A DNA stretch of 64,000 nt from Patescibacteria group bacterium (GCA_038065475.1 JBBTQY010000005.1:2793-66792), one strand, 5' to 3'. Shown: positions 10,293 through 18,044, counted from the first letter of the stretch. Numbers and translations are program-made. Notes: generated from the sequence alone by a model not told the origin.

Positions 10293-10594
10293 TATTTTTT
10301 GATGCCGAAGTGTCGTTGGAGCTCCAAAAGCTTTTTCGAATCACCTTTGGCGAGATACTCGAGCAGCGACTTGCGCTTTGCGACCATTTTCAAAAGACCG
10401 CGGCGAGAGTGGTTGTCTTTGCGGTATTTTTTAAGATGATCGGCGAGTCGATCGATTTGCGCACACAAAAGGCCGATCTGAACTTCCGAAGAGCCCGTAT
10501 CCGTCTCATGGACGCGGTGCTTTTCAATAAGTTTTGTTTTCTTCACTGTTGTCAGCATGGAAAACATTCTAACAAACCTTTGGTCTTTTGACAA
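10292..10594 (-). CDS. rpsO: 30S ribosomal protein S15
   Basis: TGSSEVQIGLLCAQIDRLADHLKKYRKDNHSRRGLLKMVAKRKSLLEYLAK. The N-terminal extension suggests the true start may be the internal Met at ~10567. Confidence 0.9.
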   Translation of the reverse strand: MSKDQRFVRMFSMLTTVKKTKLIEKHRVHETDTGSSEVQIGLLCAQIDRLADHLKKYRKDNHSRRGLLKMVAKRKSLLEYLAKGDSKKLLELQRHFGIKK

Positions 10595-10660
10595 GTCCCC
10601 CGTTTTTTTCTATACTGCCACTGGATCGCGCTCCGCAACTGGGCGTGATGCTCCTCCAAA

Positions 10661-10748
10661 GGGTGGTTCCGGTCCGCGCATACGGCGCAGATCACCGGCT
10701 CCGGCTTCCCTCCCCGGAGCTGGTCTCTTAGGGGCCGGAACCACCCCC
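10661..10748 (-). ncRNA. candidate small SRP RNA (ffs)-like long hairpin; strand not certain
   Basis: GGGUGGUUCCGGUCC (10661-10675) pairs with GGGGCCGGAACCACCC (10731-10746), closing an ~88-nt hairpin. On the minus strand the apex reads CAGCUCCGGGGAGGGAAGCCGGAGCC, resembling SRP domain IV CAGGUCCGGAAGGAAGCAGCC, and the 5' end is GGGGG. A T-run follows on the plus strand, so the strand is ambiguous. Confidence 0.35.
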
Positions 10749-10785
10749 TTCTCAGTTTTTACCGCTCAAGCGGGCGCACTATAAA

Positions 10786-10822
10786 GGCGAGTCTGATCAC
10801 AGGCTCGCCTTTCCCATTTTTT
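10786..10822 (+). terminator. hairpin plus T-run just upstream of the recombinase gene
   Basis: GGCGAGTCTGATCACAGGCTCGCC followed by TTTCCCATTTTTT. Confidence 0.5.
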
Positions 10823-10842
10823 GCTATACTGATTGTAATATT

Positions 10843-11730
10843 GTGCGACCCATGACGATTGAAAAAATAACACGCGAATTTTTGGAAGATTTGGAGCTCG
10901 AGCGCGGGCGTTCACCAAAAACGATAGAAAACTATGATCACTACCTCAAGCGTTTTTTTATGCACGCCAAAGTTTCCAACCCCGCGCATATTTCTGACGA
11001 ATTAGTTAGATCATATCGTCTCGCACTCAACCGCACAGGACTTTCTCCTCGCACGCGCAATTATCATCTCATCGCGTTGCGTATGTTTTTAAAATATTTA
11101 GCCAAGCGCGATATCAAATCACTCGCACCCGAACGTGTGGAGTTAGCGAAACTCGGCGATCGAGACATCGATATACCGCATGAAGGAGACTTAGATCGAT
11201 TACTGGGTGCGCCAAAAACTGATGCCCTGCAAGGACTTCGCGACCGCGCGATCTTAGAACTTTTATTTTCAACTGGACTTCGTGTATCAGAACTCTGCGC
11301 GCTCAATCGCGACTCACTTGATCTGGGGCGTGATGAATTTTCCGTGCGCGGCAAGGGTTCAAAAATTCGTATCGTGTTTCTTTCAAAGGATGCCAAAGAT
11401 GCAATCCGTGCGTATCTTGCAAAACGCGGCGATATGTCAGATGCGCTTTTTGCAGGCACGCAAAAGAAAAATCCGGCGCGACTCACCTCGCGTCAGATTG
11501 AACGTCTTGTTAAACGCTACGCGATTGGCGCGGGCATTCCAGGAAAGGTGACACCCCATACATTGCGACATTTGTTTGCGACTGATCTTTTGCTCAATGG
11601 TGCTGATATCAGATCAGTACAGGCAATGCTTGGTCATTCATCGATCACGACGACGCAAATCTATACACACATGACCGACAGACAACTTCGCGAAGTACAT
11701 AAAGCTTTTCACGGGAAGCGCAGAAAATAA
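10843..11730 (+). CDS. tyrosine site-specific recombinase, XerC/XerD-like
   Basis: HTLRHLFATDLLLNGADIRSVQAMLGHSSITTTQIYTHM (R-H-R-Y catalytic region). N-terminal SAM-like core-binding domain (KTIENYDHYLKRFF). 295 aa. Confidence 0.85.
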   Translation: MRPMTIEKITREFLEDLELERGRSPKTIENYDHYLKRFFMHAKVSNPAHISDELVRSYRLALNRTGLSPRTRNYHLIALRMFLKYLAKRDIKSLAPERVELAKLGDRDIDIPHEGDLDRLLGAPKTDALQGLRDRAILELLFSTGLRVSELCALNRDSLDLGRDEFSVRGKGSKIRIVFLSKDAKDAIRAYLAKRGDMSDALFAGTQKKNPARLTSRQIERLVKRYAIGAGIPGKVTPHTLRHLFATDLLLNGADIRSVQAMLGHSSITTTQIYTHMTDRQLREVHKAFHGKRRK

Positions 11731-11762
11731 TTTTTAAAAAATATTTGAGTATAAAAACGTAT

Positions 11763-12237
11763 GGCGGGGAGCTCTGGTGAGCTCCCCGCCGTGCCTTCAT
11801 CGACGGATCTCTAGGATCTCTCCTCCTCTACGTCTGAGGACCTTCTTCGGCGCGTTCGTTTCTCTGGCAGGCGCTGTGTCTCTCCTCGGGCCGTCGAGTA
11901 CTCGGAAATGATCTCCGTCTTCGACGCCCCGTGCACAGTCCCGCGAGAAATCACTTGTAGCGGTAAGTGTCCAACCCATCTTCCCCCTCGTAGTGCTGGA
12001 TTCCCTCCGGAACCCTCTTTGAAGTGCCTTACCTTTCCCCGTGCCGTAGTGGGTACGAGACTTGCCTCTCCCCTTCACGATCGGTAGCTACTTCTTCCCT
12101 GAATTGCGGAACCCTCCCTTTGTTCCGACGTTTTTTGGGAAGTAGATCGCTACGTGCTCGCGCGAAGAGATGGCCGTTTCCTCGCCTCATGCACCCTCCT
12201 TGCGGGGTTCGCCAGCCCTGAGGGCCAGCTTGGTTTC
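11763..12237 (-). ncRNA. candidate large structured ncRNA of unknown class (GC-rich, purine-rich transcript)
   Basis: About 475 nt with no ORF longer than 93 aa on either strand, about 60% GC against a ~48% background. Strong strand asymmetry: plus is C/T-rich and minus is G/A-rich. Minus-strand promoter-like TTGCAA-16-TAGAAT (plus 12246-12273) and a minus-strand intrinsic terminator GGCGGGGAGCUC-ACCA-GAGCUCCCCGCC plus AUACGUUUUUAU (plus 11763-11790). Internal repeats GGGUUCCG (x2) and CACUACG...GGGG (x2). No match to RNase P, tmRNA or 6S consensus that I could recognise by eye. Confidence 0.3.
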
Positions 12238-12347
12238 TGTTTAGTATTCTATACCTGCCTTAAAATATTGCAACAAAGCTCAAAGTATGGTCTTTTGCGT
12301 AGTCAAGAATATGTTGAAAAATAAGGGTTTTTAGGTGCTTTCGATAC

Positions 12348-12376
12348 TTGACTTTTCTTCTATTATTTGGTATAAT
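12348..12376 (+). promoter_or_regulatory. sigma70-type consensus promoter for the three-gene operon
   Basis: TTGACT (12348-12353), 17-nt spacer, TATAAT (12371-12376). About 110-nt leader containing hairpin AAGCCC-CAAAA-GGGCTT (~12418-12437). Confidence 0.65.
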
Positions 12377-12492
12377 AGATGTAGAAATCAGTAACGACCG
12401 TTCATTGACTATGAACTCAGAAAAGCCCCAAAAGGGCTTGAAAATAAAGAAAAAAACGATAACAACGATGCGCAGATGCGCGCGGAGGAAGA

Positions 12493-13287
12493 ATGAGACA
12501 GGGAAACAGAGGCAATAGCCGTGGGCGGAGCAATCCACCCCAACTCACTGTGGATCTCAAAGTTGACTTCGAAAAAGTCGGCGATGAGGTTCATGTCACC
12601 CTTAGCGCCCTTGTTCATCAAGGGAAGGAGCTCGTATCAGGTACGAGCGTCCAGTTCTTCACCCGCGGTACGAAGGTCGGTTCACCCAAAGTGACCGATC
12701 CGCAGGGTCGTGCGAAAGCCGTCTATGCTTACTCCGGCGATTGCATTGCTGAAGTACAGATCGTGGACAAGGCAGTGTGCGATTCCGAACCTGTCCGCTT
12801 ACCCGACGAATTCAAGTCGAAGCGGGCGAAGCTCCCGAACCAGATCCATGTGAGCCCAGCAGGGCGTGGCCGAGTTTTTGTCTCGGTGGCAGTTCTCGCT
12901 CAGGACGATGCGCCTATCAATGGTGCGGCCGTCAATATCTTCGAGGCGGGAGAGTCGCGTGATCCGAAAGTGATCAAGCGAAGTATTCCACTCGAGACAT
13001 TGACGACCAATGAGCGCGGTGCGCTCGATCCGGTGCCGTACTTCGATGTAGCACTGATGCAGGGCAAGCGTCGCCTGTTCGTTCATGTGGCTGGCACGAA
13101 GCTCCAAGCTTTCGTGACCTGTCGCGCATCGAGCATTCGGCCGCCCAAGGCGCCCGCGGATCTCCCGCGGGTTGCCGCAGCTTTCAGGAGGAAACTCTTC
13201 GGTACGCGTTCGATTCGTGCGTTCTTGCACGGTATCCGTATGGGTGGCGAGGCTCTTCGTGAACAGAGAAAGGGAGGCTCAAAGTGA
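12493..13287 (+). CDS. hypothetical protein (Arg-rich N-terminus, probable beta-rich domain), GC-rich
   Basis: 264 aa, about 60% GC. RBS GGAGGA upstream. No recognisable motif. Stop overlaps the next start (ATGA). Confidence 0.55.
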   Translation: MRQGNRGNSRGRSNPPQLTVDLKVDFEKVGDEVHVTLSALVHQGKELVSGTSVQFFTRGTKVGSPKVTDPQGRAKAVYAYSGDCIAEVQIVDKAVCDSEPVRLPDEFKSKRAKLPNQIHVSPAGRGRVFVSVAVLAQDDAPINGAAVNIFEAGESRDPKVIKRSIPLETLTTNERGALDPVPYFDVALMQGKRRLFVHVAGTKLQAFVTCRASSIRPPKAPADLPRVAAAFRRKLFGTRSIRAFLHGIRMGGEALREQRKGGSK

Positions 13288-14465
13288 TTCGGATCAATCT
13301 CCTTGGCGGGAAGTTGTCTCCGGCTCATAGTGGGCCGCCTCAACCAAATCCTCTCCCCCGTGGAGAGGTGCGTTCAGTGCTTGAGCAAGGTGCCTTTCTG
13401 ATCTGCATCGCGGTCCTCTCTTTTCTGGGGGCTGTCGCTGCGATCGGTTGGTGTCTCAATTCGGTATACGTTGGGAATGGCGCGTCATGGCCTGCGATCA
13501 TTATCGCGGCCGCACTGCTGTTCTTGATGTACCGCGTCGTCGTCATCGCTGATAGGCGTTGGTGGGAGAGCAAGCGAGCAAAGGTACTTGCGGGTGCGGT
13601 CGAGGACGAAAGTCCCGAGCCGACTCTCCTCAAGCCTGAGGATCGGATATTCGATGAAGTACTCGCAGATGATGAATTGCCTCGGCGTTGGAGAAAAAAG
13701 AAGTATCCACGCTACAAGGTGTGGTGCCGAGCGAAGCGGATCCGCAAGATTCGCCGCAAGCAAAGTCTCAAGACGTGGTTTGCCAAGCAGAAGCAACGCT
13801 TCGTAAACCTCTGGGGCTGGGTAAAAGGCTCCTGGAAGAAGAAGCGGAAGAAGAGCAAGAAAAAGGAGACGCCGTCTCCCTTCCTTGCATGGTTCATGCA
13901 TCTGGGATTCACGCTCCGCGTGAGCAACAATGCACGAGCGACGCTGTTTCTACTCGTCTCCGCATTCTGGTTCTGCATCAACGTCGTCACGCTCATTGCG
14001 AGCTTCGTGTTCGCACCGAACAGGCTGACGGATACACAGGAGCAGAGCTACAACTACATGCTCCATGGTGTGCGAGCAACCGATCTCGAGATGTCATCAA
14101 CCCTCACCCAGGTTCTTACGTGGTGTTGGTCGATCGTCTCGTCTCTGTTCGTAAACCCCTGGTCATGGATTCTCTGGTTCTCCTTCGCACTCTTTAGCTT
14201 CGTCTACTTCGTAGTAGCACAGCGCGAAGAGTTCGCGGAGGTAATCGATAGTGCGCGTGAGACGGTCTCGCAGCGCGCCACAACCGACTTGCCCGACCAA
14301 CCGTCTGGGCAGCCGAGCGCTCATCCGCCGGCAGGAGCTGGTGGTGGAGCGCTCGGAAACTTCTTGAAGAATCGCGCGCGTTTCGCCGTAGAAGATCTTT
14401 CGTGGGATCTCATCACGAGGGGCTTCCAGAGAGGCATAGGCGCGCTGCGTAGAGGGGCAATATGA
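13284..14465 (+). CDS. hypothetical polytopic membrane protein with a highly basic loop
   Basis: 393 aa. N-terminal IRINLLGG (PilN-like N-terminus only). Four or more predicted TM helices. Lys/Arg-rich segment RRWRKKKYPRYKVWCRAKRIRKIRRKQ...SWKKKRKKSKKKE. Translationally coupled (ATGA) to both neighbours. Confidence 0.55.
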   Translation: MIRINLLGGKLSPAHSGPPQPNPLPRGEVRSVLEQGAFLICIAVLSFLGAVAAIGWCLNSVYVGNGASWPAIIIAAALLFLMYRVVVIADRRWWESKRAKVLAGAVEDESPEPTLLKPEDRIFDEVLADDELPRRWRKKKYPRYKVWCRAKRIRKIRRKQSLKTWFAKQKQRFVNLWGWVKGSWKKKRKKSKKKETPSPFLAWFMHLGFTLRVSNNARATLFLLVSAFWFCINVVTLIASFVFAPNRLTDTQEQSYNYMLHGVRATDLEMSSTLTQVLTWCWSIVSSLFVNPWSWILWFSFALFSFVYFVVAQREEFAEVIDSARETVSQRATTDLPDQPSGQPSAHPPAGAGGGALGNFLKNRARFAVEDLSWDLITRGFQRGIGALRRGAI

Positions 14466-15988
14466 CGATTTCGAATCGTGTTCTCTCTGGCCTCGGCGTT
14501 GCCGCGGCCCTACTTCTCTGGTTTTCCGGTCTCTTCTCGGCCTGGTTGCTTTGTCTGGCCGCGGCGGTTGTCATCATTGGCTTCCTTGCGGCGCAGCTGA
14601 CCCCGACGTTCACGCGTCCTATCCTCATCGCTACGGCAGTTATCATCGTCGTGGCGTTGGGGGTGGAGGCCTTTCGTACAAGCTTCTTCACGAACGAGGA
14701 CGACCGTTTTTCCTACACCGCACTCGGCAACTCGGAACTCGAGGCTGACATGGTGTGGGCGGAAGGGATCGATCCTCATGCTCGGGAGCTTCGCGGACGT
14801 CTTGCGACCAAGTGTCGAAATACGGAAACCGAAGTGACCGAGCAGATCGACAAGAGGATGCAGGCGATCAATGCAAAGAACTTTCTGCGTCCTGCGCAGG
14901 TCAAGCGCGTACGGCGCCAGATCACTCGCCTTCAGGAGTTTCGCGCACTGTGCCGTGAGGCTATCGTGCAGTCGGAGGCGCCAGAGGAAGTGACGCCGGC
15001 AGTCTCGGCATCAAGCGGTGCGAGTATCACGGGATGGATCCCGGCGTTCTCGTTCGCTTGGCCCAGCATGCTGGTGCTCACAGGTATCGTGTTTCTCGTG
15101 TGGTGGTTTCTGCCGCGTGGCAGTGCTACCGCGGGAATCACGAAGCTCGCCGGGTTCGCGCTACTCGTTTTATTGGTAGCGCAGGGCTGGCAGCACGTTC
15201 TTCCGGAGTATTGGAAGGATGCGCTTGCTCGCCGCGGGCTCACGACGAGCCTGCATGCGGTGACCGCGATCGATTCGCCCACAGCTCCCGCGCGAGACTA
15301 CATCCGCGATCGTTGTGAGGCGAGACTCCAAGAGAAGACGGAGGCGCTCAAGGTCACTTACCCGACGCTCTCGGATGAAGCGGCTCTCGAAGAGGCCGGC
15401 AAAGAGCTTGCCAAGATCGAGAGCTTCGGCTACGAGTGCGGTGCACTCGTAGCGCCGCGGGTCACGCCCCAGCTCGCTGAAAGCGTGCCGAGTCAGGCAA
15501 TCTTTCCGATCGCCGTCGCGGTCGGTCTGATATTGGTACTGCTCCTCGCCGCACTTTGGGGCAGGGGTAGTGCACTTGGCACCACCGTGTCGGCGATGCT
15601 CATCATCGCGGCCATGGGTGTCATCTTCTACTACGTCAGTATGAGAGTCAGCAGCCCCGAGATTGCACTACCCGAACTCAACATGGCGGAGTTCGAAGAG
15701 ACTGCCTTGAACGCTCCGCAATGGGGAATCGTATCGGTGACCTTCAGAATACCTCCTCATAAACATGTAGGAGAATTCCAAATCGGGCGTCTCAAGCTCA
15801 CGCTCAAAGACGCCAAGATCGGGGGTAAGAACTACAAGTTCATCGCTCAGGGGCCCGCTCCACGCAACGAGCAGCTCTACGCTGGCCCGTCGGCAAGTCT
15901 GCCATCAGGGACAGCTCGAATGTTCCTCACCAACGACGGCAACGAGCCGATGAAGGTCACTCTCCGTTTCCAGAAGCACACAGTCTGA
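14462..15988 (+). CDS. hypothetical polytopic membrane protein
   Basis: 508 aa, six or more hydrophobic helices, C-terminal soluble domain (LKLTLKDAKIGGKNYKFIAQGPAPRNEQLYAGPSASLPSGTARMFLTNDGNEPMKVTLRF). GC-rich. Confidence 0.55.
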   Translation: MTISNRVLSGLGVAAALLLWFSGLFSAWLLCLAAAVVIIGFLAAQLTPTFTRPILIATAVIIVVALGVEAFRTSFFTNEDDRFSYTALGNSELEADMVWAEGIDPHARELRGRLATKCRNTETEVTEQIDKRMQAINAKNFLRPAQVKRVRRQITRLQEFRALCREAIVQSEAPEEVTPAVSASSGASITGWIPAFSFAWPSMLVLTGIVFLVWWFLPRGSATAGITKLAGFALLVLLVAQGWQHVLPEYWKDALARRGLTTSLHAVTAIDSPTAPARDYIRDRCEARLQEKTEALKVTYPTLSDEAALEEAGKELAKIESFGYECGALVAPRVTPQLAESVPSQAIFPIAVAVGLILVLLLAALWGRGSALGTTVSAMLIIAAMGVIFYYVSMRVSSPEIALPELNMAEFEETALNAPQWGIVSVTFRIPPHKHVGEFQIGRLKLTLKDAKIGGKNYKFIAQGPAPRNEQLYAGPSASLPSGTARMFLTNDGNEPMKVTLRFQKHTV

Positions 15989-16048
15989 GTTCACAGAAAA
16001 ATATCGTCGCCCCTGCAGTATAGGGGCAAACCAAAAAACCGAGGCGTC

Positions 16049-16092
16049 GCATGAATCATCGTGCGGCGCCTCTTTCCTTTTTATGCGACCCT
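16049..16092 (+). terminator. operon terminator
   Basis: GAGGCGTCGCA...TGCGGCGCCTC hairpin followed by TTTCCTTTTTAT. Confidence 0.55.
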
Positions 16093-16143
16093 TTTCCCGT
16101 GCTACTATATATGGTATAAGAGTTAGGTAAATCAAGGGCACGA

Positions 16144-16215
16144 GTCCTCGTGGTGAAATGGATATCACGACTGGCTTCGAACCAGTTATTGGGGGTTCGA
16201 GTCCCTCCGAGGACA
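16144..16215 (+). tRNA. tRNA-Arg (anticodon TCG)
   Basis: Cloverleaf: acceptor GTCCTCG/CGAGGAC, D-arm GTGA-AATGGATA-TCAC, anticodon arm ACTGG-CTTCGAA-CCAGT, T-arm GGGGG-TTCGAGT-CCCTC. CCA not encoded. Confidence 0.8.
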
Positions 16216-16293
16216 CAGCTGAAAGCTGTTCTCATATAGGAGGGACGAGAACGGAGCAAAGGATTTTGCTCCGCGGGGTTTGCGAGAAGCAAA

Positions 16294-16315
16294 CGAGTCC
16301 CTCCGAGGACACAGC
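16294..16315 (+). repeat. 22-bp direct repeat of the tRNA-Arg 3' end (copy of 16198-16219)
   Basis: CGAGTCCCTCCGAGGACACAGC occurs at 16198-16219 (tRNA T-arm/acceptor plus 4 nt) and again at 16294-16315. Confidence 0.8.
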
Positions 16316-16339
16316 GATACTTTTTTATTTTTTTAATTT

Positions 16340-16412
16340 CCACTCGTAGCTCAGTTGGTAGAGCAGTCGCCTCTTAAGCGAACGGTCGTAGGTTCGATCC
16401 CTACCGAGTGGA
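16340..16412 (+). tRNA. tRNA-Lys (anticodon CTT)
   Basis: Acceptor CCACTCG/CGAGTGG, D-arm GCTC-AGTTGGTA-GAGC, anticodon loop CTCTTAA, T-arm GTAGG-TTCGATC-CCTAC. Preceded by a T-rich run and a TGGTATAAG-type extended -10 further upstream. Confidence 0.8.
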
Positions 16413-16512
16413 CAATAACCAAAGTTATTGTCCACGGCAGCTCCTCGCGCGATAGCGCGACGATATGAAAAGCTGCCGCAACAATAAGCCGGGGGCGTAG
16501 TTCTATATAAAT

Positions 16513-17970
16513 ATGTCAAAAATTCCAAAAGAAATAATCTCTATCATCCAAACTTTAGAGGGCGCCGGCTTCGAGGCGTTTGCAGTTGGCGGTTGCGTGC
16601 GCGATCTTCTCATCGAGCGCAAACCGAAAGATTGGGATGTCACCACGAGTGCGATACCCGAAGATATTTTGCGCTTGTTTCCTGATAGCAAATATGAAAA
16701 TGATTTTGGTACGGTGTGCGTATTTTCTCAAAATCCGTCTGAGGCATCGCTTGCGATGATTGAGGTGACCCCCTATCGTACCGAGGCACAGTACTCGGAC
16801 AAGCGCCACCCTGACCGCGTTGAGTTTGGTAAATCACTCGAAGAAGATTTGGCGCGGCGCGATTTTACCATCAATTCACTGGCACTTAATGTAAAAACTG
16901 ATGAGGTGATAGATTTATTTTCTGGCAAGCGCGATTTTCGTGAAGGGCTTATCCGTGCAGTTGGCAATGCCGAAGAACGCTTTTCAGAAGACGCGTTGCG
17001 CATCATGCGCGCATTGCGCTTGTCAGCCGAGCTTGGTTTTCAGATTGAAGACGCGACACTCGCCGCCATCAAAAAAACCGTAAAACTTTTACGTTTCATT
17101 GCCAAGGAACGTATTCGCGACGAGTTTTCAAAGATCATCCTCTCCCCCACTCCGCACGAAACGCTCGAGCTTATGCGCGCGTTGGGTATTTTAAAACTCG
17201 TGTTACCAGAGCTCGAAGAAGGTGTAGGCGTGGGGCAAAATAAGCATCATGTCTATACCGTGTGGGAGCATAATCTCTACGCGCTCAAATACGCGGCGTC
17301 CAAAGAATGGTCACTCGAAGTGCGTATGGCAGCCCTTCTTCATGATGTAGGTAAGCCACGCTCAAAGCGCGGTGATGGACCGGACTCTAGTTTTTATGGT
17401 CATGAAATAATTGGTGCCAAAATGACTACGACTATTTTGGGTCGTCTTAAATATTCAAAACAGTTTATCGACAAAGTATCAAAACTCGTGCGCTATCACC
17501 TCTTTTATTACAATGTCGATGAGGTTGGCGAAGCATCAGTACGCAGGCTCATACGCAAGGTAGGTCCCGAAGATATGGAAGACTTGATAAAAGTGCGCTT
17601 CTGCGACAGGATTGGTTCGGGAGTGCCCAAGGCTGAACCATATAAATTGCGTCATTTTCGTTTTGTTATCGAGAAGCTTTCACGCGATCCAATCTCGGTC
17701 AAAATGCTCAAAGTAAACGGCGGCGATATCATGAAGATTGCGAATCTCGAACCAAGCCCCAAAGTTGGCCAACTGCTCAATATCTTGCTTGAGGAAGTGC
17801 TTGATGACCCCAAGCGCAACACTAAAGATATTTTGCAGGCGCGTATAAAAGAGCTTGCGGGCATGACCGAGCGCCAGCTCAAGGCACTTGCTGATGGCGC
17901 CAAGAAAAAATCATCAGCACTCGAAGAAGAAGAAGTGACGAAAATAAAAGGAAAACACAGGGTGAAGTAA
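16513..17970 (+). CDS. cca: CCA-adding tRNA nucleotidyltransferase (PolyA polymerase/CCA family with HD domain)
   Basis: GGCVRDLLIERKPKDWDVTT head domain, RDFTINSLA, HD-domain motif HDVGKP. Consistent with seven of the eight tRNAs here lacking an encoded CCA. Confidence 0.85.
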   Translation: MSKIPKEIISIIQTLEGAGFEAFAVGGCVRDLLIERKPKDWDVTTSAIPEDILRLFPDSKYENDFGTVCVFSQNPSEASLAMIEVTPYRTEAQYSDKRHPDRVEFGKSLEEDLARRDFTINSLALNVKTDEVIDLFSGKRDFREGLIRAVGNAEERFSEDALRIMRALRLSAELGFQIEDATLAAIKKTVKLLRFIAKERIRDEFSKIILSPTPHETLELMRALGILKLVLPELEEGVGVGQNKHHVYTVWEHNLYALKYAASKEWSLEVRMAALLHDVGKPRSKRGDGPDSSFYGHEIIGAKMTTTILGRLKYSKQFIDKVSKLVRYHLFYYNVDEVGEASVRRLIRKVGPEDMEDLIKVRFCDRIGSGVPKAEPYKLRHFRFVIEKLSRDPISVKMLKVNGGDIMKIANLEPSPKVGQLLNILLEEVLDDPKRNTKDILQARIKELAGMTERQLKALADGAKKKSSALEEEEVTKIKGKHRVK

Positions 17971-17973
17971 AAA

Positions 17974-18044
17974 CGGAGCGTAGTATACCGGTAGTACGCG
18001 CCCTTCGGGAGGGCGTAGACTGGGTTCGATTCCCAGCGCTCCGA
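17974..18044 (+). tRNA. tRNA-Pro (anticodon CGG)
   Basis: Acceptor CGGAGCG/CGCTCCG, short 3-bp D-stem GTA-TACCGGTAG-TAC, anticodon arm CGCCC-TTCGGGA-GGGCG, T-arm CTGGG-TTCGATT-CCCAG. Starts 4 nt after the cca stop. Confidence 0.7.

Noticed and set aside
10600-10842. Considered RNase P RNA, tmRNA or 6S RNA for the rpsO-xerC intergenic structured element
   Set aside because: It is too short (~90-190 nt) for RNase P or tmRNA. No P4/CR-I (GGAAAGUCCGGGCUCC) or tmRNA tag/T-arm motifs were seen. An SRP-like apex is the only recognisable similarity.
11797-12221. ORFs 11797..12078(-) 93 aa and 12024..12221(+) 65 aa in the GC-rich noncoding block
   Set aside because: Their translations are low-complexity (GRGKSRTHYGTGKGKALQRG...) without RBS or conservation signals. 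The region is better explained as a structured RNA with its own promoter and terminator.
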